From Polyangiaceae bacterium (GTDB lineage Bacteria > Myxococcota_A > Polyangia > Polyangiales > Polyangiaceae), in NCBI GenBank assembly GCA_035063585.1, contig JAPSGB010000003.1, positions 224,001 to 288,000 on the forward strand: 64,000 bases of DNA. Direction: 5' to 3'. Under the pieces are notes generated by a model that saw only the letters and a program-made list of their open reading frames with translations, was not told the origin of the DNA and made no database searches. Made by a program: the position numbers and the translations under genes. Below, in pieces: positions 22,582 to 32,327 of this stretch (position 1 is the stretch's first letter; each line of letters begins with the position of its first letter).

Positions 22582-24638
22582 GGGTGAGCCTCCGAGCGGA
22601 GCCAGGCGATGGCCGCCTCGGCGATGGTGTCCTTGCCGGACAGGAGATCGCTCTGCGTCGGCGCGAGCCGCACGTCGGGATCGACCCCGTGCGTGCAGAG
22701 CAAGGTGCCGTCGGGTGTGATGGCGTCTTCGATCCCGACCGACCACCGCATCACGCCCCAGAGCGAGTACTGCATGAAGGTACCGAACGCGCCCATGCTC
22801 GGCCCGGGGCCGAACAAGCGCACGTTGGGAGCGCCTTGCAGGATCTTCGGCAGGTAGTCGCTCGCCGAGACGTCCCAGGTGGTGAGCAGCGCCACCGGCA
22901 CGTCGGTGCGCGCGCTCGCGCTACCGAACTCGTCCTCCGCGCTCGCATAGCGCGTGAACAACGCGGCGGCCGCGGCGGCGCTGGCCGGGCCCTCGTCGTT
23001 CGCGCGGGTGCGGACGTAGCCGATGAAGGGTGTGTACGGCTTGCGGGCGAACTTGATGAGGATGTTCGCCGTCTGCGCGGTGCCACCGTGGCCCTCTCGA
23101 TGATCGAGCAGCACCCCGCGTGCCTGGCCGAACTCGGTGACCGCCGCGCCGAGCGCGAGGTCGACCGGCATCTTCGACCCGTCACCGAACAGCGTGTTCC
23201 AGATGAGGCCGTAGATGGCCTCGGACGAGTCCACGCCGAGCACCGGGCCGTGCACGACCTTCGCCGGGGTGAGCACGGCGTCGCCGAAGTCGTGGTCGGC
23301 CGGCGCGCCGTCGACGGGGAAGAACGGCCGGTTGTCGCAGCTTACCAGCTTGGGGGCCTCGCTCGCCGGCACCACGGGGAGCTCGTCGAGCCTGAGCGTC
23401 GTGGCCGTCGCGTCGCAGGTGCCGCTCGCCGCGTGACAGTGCACGACGGTGAGCTCCGTGGCGTGTCGCGCGATGAGGTCGCGTAAGAGCGAGAGCACGT
23501 TGGCGAGTTGCTCGGGGTCGTCCGCCTCCCAGTACCACGGGCTCGGTGTCATCAGCTTGCGAGCCCAGGTGATGGGGTGCTCGCCATCGACGGCCACCAG
23601 GCGATCGCCTTGCGCGAGCCCCCAGGTCGACTCGAGCCCGGTGTGCGAGACGAGGAGGTCCGGCAGCCCGAGCTCGCTCGGCGCGGCGGCCTGGCTCAGA
23701 TCTCCGACACCCTCGAAGAAGCAGGCGTTCAGCGGGCGGCGGGACTTCACCGCGGAGAGCGCCGTGAGCCGCGCGTAGGTGTGCGCGTCGCGTAGGCGCC
23801 GGATGGCCTCGGTGAAGCGCGACCAGTAGGTGACGTTGTCGGTCGCGGTCGCCATCTGGTCGAGGGTGGCGAGCGCGTCGGGGAGCGTGGTGCGCCGGAG
23901 CTCGTACGGGCCGAAGGTGTCGTGGAGCTTGCGCTTCCAGTACGCGGGGAGCTTCGCGCGCTCAGACTCCTCCGGAAGGGGCGGGAACCAGCCGCGCGCG
24001 TCGCGGCAGAGACCATCGACGCAGAGCGTGCCGGCGCCGCACTCCTTGGCCGCGTCGAGTCCCGTGCAGTTCGTGGTGGGCGCGAACTGGCCGTCCGGCA
24101 CCACCTCGACCGCGTCGAGCCGCACGGTGACCGGCTTGGTGCGGTCGTAAGCCGAGAGGAAGAGCCGCGCGTCGACGCCGTTTTTCCCACCGTCCACGCC
24201 GAACGGCGCGGTCTCGAATTCGAGCCAGTCGTCGCTCGTGACCCGTCCGGTCGGGAACGCCTCGCCCACGACGCCCTCCGAGCCGTCGGCGTAGTCGACG
24301 GCCACGCCGGCCGTACAGTCGCCCTTCAGCCAGAACCGCGCCCGGTACGAGCCCGGCGCGGCGGGGAGCGCGAGCGGGACGGGATAGCCCTCGGTCGCGA
24401 GCGCGACCACGAGCACCTTCCCGCCGGCGAGCGCGGTCGCATCCTCTTCGAGCGTCGCCGCGCCGTCGCCCGGCTCGACCGCGGGCGTAAAGCTCGCGAA
24501 GTCGAGCGTCAGGACCGCGTCGGGCTCGAAGGAGAAGCGCCCCTGCTCGTCGAAGTCGCCGGCCATGGCCGGTCGCGCGGTGCCGAGCGCGATGAGGCTG
24601 ACGACGAGCGCGCGGGCGAACAGCGATCGGCGGGACAT
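22578..24638 (-). CDS. Secreted S41-family peptidase
   Basis: Signal peptide; LRDAHT, PDZ-like GDRLVAVDG, LLDHREGHGG, VSASD (catalytic Ser), HGVDPD. Confidence 0.78.
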   Translation of the reverse strand: MSRRSLFARALVVSLIALGTARPAMAGDFDEQGRFSFEPDAVLTLDFASFTPAVEPGDGAATLEEDATALAGGKVLVVALATEGYPVPLALPAAPGSYRARFWLKGDCTAGVAVDYADGSEGVVGEAFPTGRVTSDDWLEFETAPFGVDGGKNGVDARLFLSAYDRTKPVTVRLDAVEVVPDGQFAPTTNCTGLDAAKECGAGTLCVDGLCRDARGWFPPLPEESERAKLPAYWKRKLHDTFGPYELRRTTLPDALATLDQMATATDNVTYWSRFTEAIRRLRDAHTYARLTALSAVKSRRPLNACFFEGVGDLSQAAAPSELGLPDLLVSHTGLESTWGLAQGDRLVAVDGEHPITWARKLMTPSPWYWEADDPEQLANVLSLLRDLIARHATELTVVHCHAASGTCDATATTLRLDELPVVPASEAPKLVSCDNRPFFPVDGAPADHDFGDAVLTPAKVVHGPVLGVDSSEAIYGLIWNTLFGDGSKMPVDLALGAAVTEFGQARGVLLDHREGHGGTAQTANILIKFARKPYTPFIGYVRTRANDEGPASAAAAAALFTRYASAEDEFGSASARTDVPVALLTTWDVSASDYLPKILQGAPNVRLFGPGPSMGAFGTFMQYSLWGVMRWSVGIEDAITPDGTLLCTHGVDPDVRLAPTQSDLLSGKDTIAEAAIAWLRSEAHP

Positions 24639-24766
24639 GCGCCCGGCCCGTATGCCACGGATCTTCGCGCGCCATGGGTACTTTCGTGCGAGCTCCGCTC
24701 GGCTCGGAATGTTGCAGCAGAGGCGCGCCCTGACACGCCCACGCGCGACGGATAGACTGTGCTCCC

Positions 24767-26059
24767 GTGCCCGGCGTCGTGTTTCGAGATCCCGCTCCGC
24801 CGAGCGCGCAGGCTGAGGCGCTGCGCGGCGAGGTCGCGCGCGCGCTGGTGAGCGCGCCCGCGCTCCCGCTCGCGCTGCCGAGGTTCGGACTCGAGCTCGT
24901 GACGCTGAAGCTCTTGGACGACACCTTCATACTGGTCTTGAGGGAGCCCGACCGCGAAGGCACGATGGAGCTCGCCATCGGGTGGGAGGGGGCTCGAGAT
25001 GGCGCGTCGGTGACGCTCCGTCGTCGCCCGGGCTCGCCGCGCGCGGCGGCCGCGCTCGAGCGGCTCGCCCGGCGGCTCAAGCTCTCCACGACCCGCGAGC
25101 GGTGGCTCGCGGCGAGCGTGGCCGCGCGCTCGCTGCGCGCGCTCCCGCTCGACATCCCGCTCGAGTTCTTCCGGCAAGTCATCCCTGGCGTCGAGCGGCG
25201 CGGGCTGGTTCGAACCGGTTTTCGCTGCAACCAGGACTGCGCCTTCTGCTGGCAGGCGCGCGACTGGGGCGACTTCGGGCCCGAGCAGGTCCGAGCGTGG
25301 ATCGAGGATCTCTGGCGGCTCGGGCTCGAGCGCCTCAGCATCTCGGGCGGCGAGCCCACCCTCGACCGCGAGCTCGTAGCGCACGTCCGGTTCGCGCGCG
25401 CGCTCGGCTTCCGCGAGATCTGCCTGGAGACCAACGCGGTGCTCCTCGCGCGGCCGGGTCGTGCCGCCGAGCTCGCCGAGGCGGGCCTCACCGCCGCGTT
25501 CGTGTCGCTCCACAGCGCCGAGCCTGCGGCGTCGGACCGGGCGACGCGCGCGCCCGGCACGCACGGACGCACCGTCGAGGGGATCCGCGCGCTCCTCGCC
25601 GCGGGCGTGAGCGTACAGCTCGGAGCGGTGCTCTCGCCGGCCGTAGTGGAGTCACTCCCGGCGCTCCCTGGCTTCATCGCTCAGAAGTTCGGTGGGCATC
25701 CGCGGCTCACCGGGCTGTCGGTGTCCTACCCCTCACGACCCTACGCGCCATCGCCCGAGGACGATCCCGCGACGCTCCACCCGGAGCTCATGCGCGCCGC
25801 TCTCGTCGGCGTCATCGAGGCGGCGACGCGAACCGGCGTCGCGGTAGACGGGATCGCGGGGCCCTGCGGCGCGCCGCTCTGCGCGTTCGACGCGGATCCG
25901 CGGGTCGTCGATCGCTCGCGTCGGGTCGAGCCGGTGCCCTTCAAGCGCCATCTCCCGGGCTGTCACGCCTGCGTGGTGCAGGACGCCTGCTTCGGCGTGC
26001 GACACGAGGACGCCGAGCGCTGGGGCGAGGCGTGTATTCGGCCGATCGTCGCGAGTTGA
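24767..26059 (+). CDS. Radical SAM protein with N-terminal extension and C-terminal Cys cluster
   Basis: CNQDCAFC (CxxxCxxC), SGGEPT, LETNA, VSLH; C-terminal PLC and CHACVVQDACFG. Confidence 0.9.
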   Translation: MPGVVFRDPAPPSAQAEALRGEVARALVSAPALPLALPRFGLELVTLKLLDDTFILVLREPDREGTMELAIGWEGARDGASVTLRRRPGSPRAAAALERLARRLKLSTTRERWLAASVAARSLRALPLDIPLEFFRQVIPGVERRGLVRTGFRCNQDCAFCWQARDWGDFGPEQVRAWIEDLWRLGLERLSISGGEPTLDRELVAHVRFARALGFREICLETNAVLLARPGRAAELAEAGLTAAFVSLHSAEPAASDRATRAPGTHGRTVEGIRALLAAGVSVQLGAVLSPAVVESLPALPGFIAQKFGGHPRLTGLSVSYPSRPYAPSPEDDPATLHPELMRAALVGVIEAATRTGVAVDGIAGPCGAPLCAFDADPRVVDRSRRVEPVPFKRHLPGCHACVVQDACFGVRHEDAERWGEACIRPIVAS

Positions 26060-26296
26060 GCCCGAGCCGATCGTCGCACGGCTGGCGAGGACACGGTTGT
26101 ACGGGCCCGTGGATTGGTGCTTTTCCGCGAGACCGTATAGCCTCCCATATACTATCTTGAGCGGCGCCCTCCGTGACGCGACGCGCTAGCCCGCGTCCCG
26201 GAAGGCCGGTCATGGTTCCTCGCGCCTCGCCGGATGTCCCGGACGGCTCGACCGCACGCTGCCGGTGCCGCGCATCGGCCAAGAGACTCGCCTCAC

Positions 26297-27247
26297 ATGT
26301 CGACTCGCTACCCCAACGTCTCGAAGAACATCCTCGACGCCATCGGTGACACGCCGCTCCTCGAGATCGACGGCGTGTTCGCGAAGTGTGAGTTCCTGAA
26401 CCCGTCCGGCTCGGTGAAGGCGCGCATCGCCAAGCACATCGTCGAGCGCGCGGAGGCCGAGGGGCTCTTGAAGCCGGGTGACACCATCGTCGAGGCGACC
26501 AGCGGCAATACCGGCAACGCGTTCGCCATGGTTGCGGCGGTGAAGGGCTACAAGATGATCGTGGTGACCCCGGAGGGGCTCTCGAGCGAGCGGGTGGCGA
26601 TCTCGCAGGCGTTCGGCGCCGAGGTGCTCTTCTCGGGTAGCTTCCATGTGAACTCCGCGCTCGAGCGCGCGAAGCAGCTCGCGGCGCAGCCTGGCTTCTT
26701 CTTCCCGGGTCAGTTCGACTCGGACTGGAACATCGAGGAAAATCGCGAGTGGCTCGGGCCGGAGATCCTCTCCCAGCTCCCGGACGGGCGGGTCCCTGAC
26801 GCGTTCGTGCACGGCGTGGGCACCGGGGGGACCCTCATCGGCGTCGGTCAAGCATTTCGTAAAGTAAATCCGAAGGTACGGCTCTTTGCCATGGAGCCGT
26901 CCGAGTCGCGCACCATCCTCTGCGGTGAGGTGGCGCTCCACCAAATCGAAGGGATCTCGGACGGGTTCGTGCCGGGCATCTTCGCGCGAAACCACGGGCT
27001 CGTCGACGACACCCTCAGCGTGTCGAGCGCGGACGCGGTCGCGGCCATGCGAGAGCTTGCCCGCACCCGCGGGCTGTTCTGCGGTCCGAGCTCGGGCGCG
27101 CACCTGACGGCGGCGCGGCGCCTGCGCGAGACGCACCCGGAGCTCGAGACGGTCGTCACCATCTTCGACGACGAGGGAGAGAAGTACCTGCACGACTTCT
27201 TCATGCCGCGGCGCCCAGGTCCGGAGGATCCGCTGCCGTTCCACTGA
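26297..27247 (+). CDS. cysK: PLP-dependent cysteine synthase family protein
   Basis: IGDTPL, NPSGSVK, EATSGNTG, GVGTGGT, HQIEGI, GPSSGA. Confidence 0.85.
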   Translation: MSTRYPNVSKNILDAIGDTPLLEIDGVFAKCEFLNPSGSVKARIAKHIVERAEAEGLLKPGDTIVEATSGNTGNAFAMVAAVKGYKMIVVTPEGLSSERVAISQAFGAEVLFSGSFHVNSALERAKQLAAQPGFFFPGQFDSDWNIEENREWLGPEILSQLPDGRVPDAFVHGVGTGGTLIGVGQAFRKVNPKVRLFAMEPSESRTILCGEVALHQIEGISDGFVPGIFARNHGLVDDTLSVSSADAVAAMRELARTRGLFCGPSSGAHLTAARRLRETHPELETVVTIFDDEGEKYLHDFFMPRRPGPEDPLPFH

Positions 27248-27299
27248 CGTCGGGCGCGCGCTCGGTGCGCCGCGCGCGCGCTTCGGCTACCCTCACGCG

Positions 27300-28034
27300 G
27301 TGTCGCTCTACGAGGCGCTTCGCCCCTTCGATGACTCGCCGCTCGCGCGACTGCTCCGCGAGCTCCCGATTGGTTATTTTCACGCCACCACCGAGGGGAT
27401 GGAGCGACTCCCGCGCGAGGGCGGCGCGCTCTTGGTCGGCAACCACGCGATGTCGGGCCTCGACGGCGTCGTGCTCGGCGCGCTCGTGAGGCGCGAGACG
27501 AGGCGGCGCGTGCGCTTCCTCGGCGAGCGGAACCTGTGGAAGATCCCGCTCTTCCGCGACCTTCTCGACGCCTCGGGCGCGCTCCCGGGCGAGCCGAACG
27601 CGGCGACCGCGCTGCTCCGCGGCGGCGAGCTGGTCGGCGTGTACCCGGGCGGCATCGACGACAGCTGGAAGCTCACCTCGGTCGAGCGCTACACGTTGAA
27701 GTGGGGAAACCGCGCCGGCTTCGCGCGGGTCGCCATCCGCGCAGGCGTGCCGATTTTCCCGGTCGCCGCGACCGGCATCGACGAGATGTACGACGTCATC
27801 CTACGCGAGCGGTTCGTCGGGCGGCGGCTCCTCGGCTCTCGACGCTACGATTTGCCCATCGCGCTCGGCGCCTGGGGGACGCTCATCCCGCGGCGCGCGC
27901 CGCAGCACTACCGGGTGCTCGAGCCCATCGACACCTCCGGCGACGAGGGCGATCCGGCGGTCGTCGAGCGCGTGCGGGTCGCGACGCGCGACGCGCTCGA
28001 GCGCGCGCTCGCCGCGGCGCGCGCCGCGCGGTAG
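27300..28034 (+). CDS. Lysophospholipid/diacylglycerol acyltransferase (PlsC-like)
   Basis: LLVGNHAMSGLD, VYPGG, GFARVAIRAGVPIFPV. Confidence 0.88.
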   Translation: MSLYEALRPFDDSPLARLLRELPIGYFHATTEGMERLPREGGALLVGNHAMSGLDGVVLGALVRRETRRRVRFLGERNLWKIPLFRDLLDASGALPGEPNAATALLRGGELVGVYPGGIDDSWKLTSVERYTLKWGNRAGFARVAIRAGVPIFPVAATGIDEMYDVILRERFVGRRLLGSRRYDLPIALGAWGTLIPRRAPQHYRVLEPIDTSGDEGDPAVVERVRVATRDALERALAAARAAR

Positions 28035-28040
28035 CGCGGT

Positions 28041-28119
28041 CGCGCCGATTCCGCGCCGGGCCGACAGAAAAAACCATAGTAGTTTCATTGGTTTGTCGGT
28101 CCGGCGCGGAATCGGTGCG
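28041..28119. repeat. Long imperfect inverted repeat with an AT-rich core
   Basis: CCGATTCCGCGCCGGGCCGACA..AAACCA / TGGTTTGTCGGTCCGGCGCGGAATCGG. Confidence 0.85.
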
Positions 28120-28162
28120 GTTCCCGGCAAGAACCCGTGCGGGCTGGTATAAGCACGCGGCC

Positions 28163-29506
28163 GTGGGCGATGAGGAGGCAGAGGTCATCGGCGTCGCCGA
28201 GCTCGACAGGCGGCTGAAGCACGCCGTCGAGGGCGTTACCGGGCGCGAGTGGATCGAGGGAGAGGTGGGCTCGCTCAAGCGCGCGGCGAGCGGGCACGTC
28301 TACTTCAGCCTCAAGGACGAGCGGGAGGACGCCATGATCGACTGCGTCATGTACCGCTACCAGGCGCAGCGCGCGCGGCAGGTGCTGGAGGATGGCGCGC
28401 GGGTACAGCTCTTCGGCCGCGCCACGCTCTGGGCGCCGCGCGGGCGGCTGCAGCTCGTGGCGGAGCAAGCGCGCCCTGCCGGTCGCGGGGCGCTCCTCGA
28501 AGCGCTCGAGCAGCTGAAGCTGAAGCTCGCGGCGGAGGGGCTCTTCGCGGTCGAGCGCAAGCGCCCGCTGCCCCCCGAGCCGCGCGTGGTCGGCGTGGTG
28601 ACGAGCAGCGCCGGCGCGGCCTTCCACGACATTCGCACGGTCGCCTTTCGGCGCGGCGGAGCCCGGCTCGTGCTCGCGCCGGCGCAGGTGCAGGGCGAGG
28701 CGGCGCCCGCGAGCATCGTGCGGGCGCTCGAGCTCATAGAGCGCTACCCGGGGCTCGACGTCATCATCGTCGGGCGGGGCGGCGGAGCGGCCGAGGACCT
28801 GATGGCGTTCAACGACGAGCGAGTGGTGCGGCGCGTGGCGGCGCTCCGGGTGCCTGTGGTGAGCGCGGTCGGTCACGAGATCGACACGACCCTCACCGAC
28901 CTCGCGGCGGACGTGCGGGCGGCGACGCCGTCGCAGGCGGCCGAGCTCGTGATCCCCGACGCACGCGCGCGGCGCGAGGCGCTGGCGCGGCTTGCGCGGC
29001 AGCTCGCGCGCGCAGTCGAGGCGCGCGTGACCGAAGATCGCGCGACCGTCGAGCGGCTCCGAAATCGCCTGAGCGATCCGCGGTTCCTCATCGCCGAGCG
29101 GCAGCAAGGGCTCGACCTGCTCGGCCAGGAGCTCGAGCGGCTCGCGCGGCGCGCCATCGCCCGGCGGAGGAGCGCGAGTGAGCTCCTGTATCGACGCCTC
29201 GCGACGCGCCACCCGCGCGCGGTGCTGGCCGAGGCGCGCGGCGAGCTCGGGCCGCTGTCGGCGCGCCTCGAGGCGGCCGTGCGGTTTCGGCTCGAGACGT
29301 TCCGGCGGACGCTCGGCGAGCGCGCCGCGCGGCTCGAGGGGATGAGCCCGCTCAGCGTGCTCGGGCGCGGCTACGCCATCGCGCGCCGCGAGGACGGCCG
29401 CGCGGTGCGGCGTGCGAGCGAGGTCCGCGTGGGTGAGGCGCTCGAGCTCATCGTGCACGATGGGCGGGTCGGCGCGCGCGTGACGCGGATCGATGGAGCG
29501 AGCTAG
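28163..29506 (+). CDS. xseA: Exodeoxyribonuclease VII large subunit
   Basis: GHVYFSLKD, VQG, RGGGAAEDL..FNDE, SAVGHEID, RAATPS, SPLSVLGRGY. Start moved to GTG 28163. Confidence 0.96.
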   Translation: MGDEEAEVIGVAELDRRLKHAVEGVTGREWIEGEVGSLKRAASGHVYFSLKDEREDAMIDCVMYRYQAQRARQVLEDGARVQLFGRATLWAPRGRLQLVAEQARPAGRGALLEALEQLKLKLAAEGLFAVERKRPLPPEPRVVGVVTSSAGAAFHDIRTVAFRRGGARLVLAPAQVQGEAAPASIVRALELIERYPGLDVIIVGRGGGAAEDLMAFNDERVVRRVAALRVPVVSAVGHEIDTTLTDLAADVRAATPSQAAELVIPDARARREALARLARQLARAVEARVTEDRATVERLRNRLSDPRFLIAERQQGLDLLGQELERLARRAIARRRSASELLYRRLATRHPRAVLAEARGELGPLSARLEAAVRFRLETFRRTLGERAARLEGMSPLSVLGRGYAIARREDGRAVRRASEVRVGEALELIVHDGRVGARVTRIDGAS

Positions 29507-30345
29507 TGGGCCCGCGGCGCTTCGTCCTCGTGGGTCACCCGGTGGCCCACTCGCTCTCGCCCGAGATCCACCGCGCGGCGTACCGCGTGCTCGGACTCGA
29601 GCACCGCTACGACCTGGTCGACGCGCCGGACGAGGCCGCGCTCGCTCGCGTGGTCGACGCGCTGCGCGCCGGCGAGCTCGACGGCGCGAACGTGACGGTG
29701 CCGTGGAAGCGCGCGGCCCTCGCGCTCTGCGACCGCGCCGACGCGCTCGCGCGCGACGCGGGTGCCGCCAACGTGCTCACTCGCGCGCCGGACGGCGCGG
29801 TGGTCGCATCCAACACCGACGCGCCCGCGCTAGCGGACGAGCTCGCGCGGCTCGGCGCGCGGCCGGGCGTGGCGAGCGTGATCGGGAGCGGCGGCGCGGC
29901 GCTCTCCGCGGTGATGGCGTGCCGCGCGCTCGGCGTGGCGCGCGTGGTGGCGCTCGCGCGCCGCTGGACCGCGGTGACGCGCGCCGGATTCGAGCGGCTC
30001 GGCGCGGAGCCGGCTCCCTTCGACCGCGTGCCCGCCGACAGCGCGATCGTGGTTCAGGCGACCAGCGCCGGCATGGTCGGCGCGGACGCCGGTGACGCGG
30101 TCGCGGCGCTGGTCGACTGGGAGCGGTTGCCCGCGGACGCGGTCGGCTATGACGTCGTCTATGACCCGCCGCTCACGCCGTTCGTCGCCGCCGCGCGGCG
30201 CGCCGGTCGCGTCGCCGAGAGCGGGCTCGGCATGCTCATAGGGCAGGCGGTGCGCGCCATGGGCATCTGGCTCGGCGCGACGCCGCCCGCCGCGCCGCTC
30301 CGTGAGGCCGCGCGGCGCGCGATCGCGGCTCGGAGGACGACATGA
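29506..30345 (+). CDS. aroE: Shikimate dehydrogenase
   Basis: HSLSP, GANVTVPWK, AAN, NTD, IGSGGAA, YDVVY, GLGMLIGQA. Confidence 0.93.
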   Translation: MGPRRFVLVGHPVAHSLSPEIHRAAYRVLGLEHRYDLVDAPDEAALARVVDALRAGELDGANVTVPWKRAALALCDRADALARDAGAANVLTRAPDGAVVASNTDAPALADELARLGARPGVASVIGSGGAALSAVMACRALGVARVVALARRWTAVTRAGFERLGAEPAPFDRVPADSAIVVQATSAGMVGADAGDAVAALVDWERLPADAVGYDVVYDPPLTPFVAAARRAGRVAESGLGMLIGQAVRAMGIWLGATPPAAPLREAARRAIAARRTT

Positions 30346-32321
30346 GCTGGACGCTCTGCGACGAGCCGTGGCCCTCGGTCGAGGTGGGGGGCGTCCTCGA
30401 GCGCGCTGGGCAGGAGTGGCTCCACACCAACGGCGCCGGCGCGTTCTCCATGAGCACGGTCGCGCTGATGCATACTCGCCGCCACCACGGGCTCCTGGTC
30501 GCCGCGCTCGCTCCTCCGCTCGATCGCCACGTGGTGCTCAGTCACGCGGAAGCCGAGGTGGTGGTCGGGGGGAAGGTCTGGCGGCTCGCGACCCATCAGT
30601 TCCCGAACGTCGCGCCCACGCCGGGGTATCGCCTGCTCGAGCGCTACGATCAGGATCCGCTGCCGCGCTGGACGTACCGGCTCGGGGCCGGCAGATTCGA
30701 GCGCGGCATCGCCCTCTGCCGCGGGTGGAACGCGCTCGTGATGTCTTTCCTCTGGCACGGCCCGGGCAAGGCGCGGCTCTCCGTGAAGCCGCTCATGCCG
30801 CTGCGCCCCGTGCATGACTTGATGAAGGAGCACGGCGCGATGGTGCAGCGCGCGTCGATGCGCCAGGGCGAGGTCGAGATCCGGCCGGTGCCCTCGCTTC
30901 CCGCGATCACCTTTCGGCACGATGGGGTGTTCGTCGGCTCGCCCGACTGGTGGCGCCGCTTCGAGTACCTCGGGGACCGTGAGCAGTTCACCAACTTCTC
31001 GGAGGACATGTGGACGCCCGGGAGCTTCGAATTCGAGCTCGTGCCGGGGCGGCCGACCGTGATGACGGTCGCCATCGGCGCGCATCCCCCGGGGTCACCG
31101 GCCGAGCAGCTCGGGCGCGCGAGGGAGTACTGGCTCAGCCGAGATCCGGGGCCGGATCAGGCTCGCACGGTGCGGTCGCTCTCGATCGCGGCCGAGGCGT
31201 TCGTCGCTGACGCGTGCGACCGCCCGAGCGTGATCGCGGGGTACCCGTACTATGATCTTCGCACGCGCGACGCCGTCATCGCGATCCCGGGCCTGCTCCT
31301 CGCGCGCGGCGAGCCCGAGCGCGCCGAGCTCGTCACGCGGACTCTGCTCTCCGAGCTCCGAGGCGGGCTGCTGCCCGAGCGCGTCGCCGAGCGCCCTGCC
31401 CGCCGTCAAGCGCCGTCGCCGGACGCGACCCTCTGGCTCTTCGAGCTCGCCCGTCACTTCGTGGATCGGCTCGGACCGAGCGATCCGTTCGTTCAGCGCG
31501 AGCTCTACCCCGCGCTCCGGCGCGTGTACGCGCGCGTGGCCGGTCGCCGCCACCGCTGGGTCTGGGTCGCGCCGGACGGGCTGGTTGCCAACGGGGCCGA
31601 GGGGCACGCGCTCACCTGGATGGCGGCCATGGTCGACGGCCGCCCGGTCTCGCCCCGCGACGGTCTCGCGGTCGAGTTCCAGGCGCTCTGGAGCAAGGGC
31701 TGCGAGACGCTCTCGGGGCTTGCCCGAGCGGCTGGGGACCGCGGCCTCGCGGACGCCGCCCTCGCGGCGTGCGCGCGCGCGCGCTTCGCATTTCGCGCGC
31801 GGTTCTGGTGCGCCGAGACGGATTACCCGTTCGACTGCGTCAGTGAGATCGGCGACAGCGAAGAGTCGTGGGTCGACGCGACCATCCGCCCGAACGCGCT
31901 CATTGCGCTCGCGCTCGACCCGGCGTTGTTCGAGAGGTGGCAGATCACCGCGCTCCTACGCCGCGTGCGCGACGAGCTGCTCACGCCGAGCGGCTTGCGG
32001 AGCCTCTCTCCTCAAGACCCGCGTTATCGAAGCCATTTCGAGGGCCGCGTGGTCGAGCGTGACAGCTCGTTCCACCAAGGGACCGCGTGGGTGCACCTGC
32101 TCGGCGCGTACGTGCATGCGTCGCTCTATGAGGCGCCGGACGACTTCGAGCGGCGCGAGGAGCTTCGGCTCGCGGTCGAAGCGGCGCTCACGAACGGCCT
32201 CGCGATCGGGCAGCTGCCGCAGCTCGCCGACGGCGACCCGCCGCATCGTCCGCGCGGTAGCCCGGCGCAGGCTTGGGCGGTCGGTGAGCTCCTCTCGGCG
32301 CTGGTCGAGCTCGGCGTCTGA
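30342..32321 (+). CDS. Amylo-alpha-1,6-glucosidase (glycogen debranching, GH133-like) family protein, possibly inactive
   Basis: EWLHTNGAG, TRRHHGLL, IAGYP, DATLW, IRPN, GLRSL, HQG..W, QAW; both catalytic positions are substituted. Confidence 0.85.
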   Translation: MSWTLCDEPWPSVEVGGVLERAGQEWLHTNGAGAFSMSTVALMHTRRHHGLLVAALAPPLDRHVVLSHAEAEVVVGGKVWRLATHQFPNVAPTPGYRLLERYDQDPLPRWTYRLGAGRFERGIALCRGWNALVMSFLWHGPGKARLSVKPLMPLRPVHDLMKEHGAMVQRASMRQGEVEIRPVPSLPAITFRHDGVFVGSPDWWRRFEYLGDREQFTNFSEDMWTPGSFEFELVPGRPTVMTVAIGAHPPGSPAEQLGRAREYWLSRDPGPDQARTVRSLSIAAEAFVADACDRPSVIAGYPYYDLRTRDAVIAIPGLLLARGEPERAELVTRTLLSELRGGLLPERVAERPARRQAPSPDATLWLFELARHFVDRLGPSDPFVQRELYPALRRVYARVAGRRHRWVWVAPDGLVANGAEGHALTWMAAMVDGRPVSPRDGLAVEFQALWSKGCETLSGLARAAGDRGLADAALAACARARFAFRARFWCAETDYPFDCVSEIGDSEESWVDATIRPNALIALALDPALFERWQITALLRRVRDELLTPSGLRSLSPQDPRYRSHFEGRVVERDSSFHQGTAWVHLLGAYVHASLYEAPDDFERREELRLAVEAALTNGLAIGQLPQLADGDPPHRPRGSPAQAWAVGELLSALVELGV

Positions 32322-32327
32322 GCCCGC

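Noticed and set aside
27536..28162. N-terminal extension of XseA
   Set aside because: Off-frame overlap with the acyltransferase gene and the intergenic hairpin
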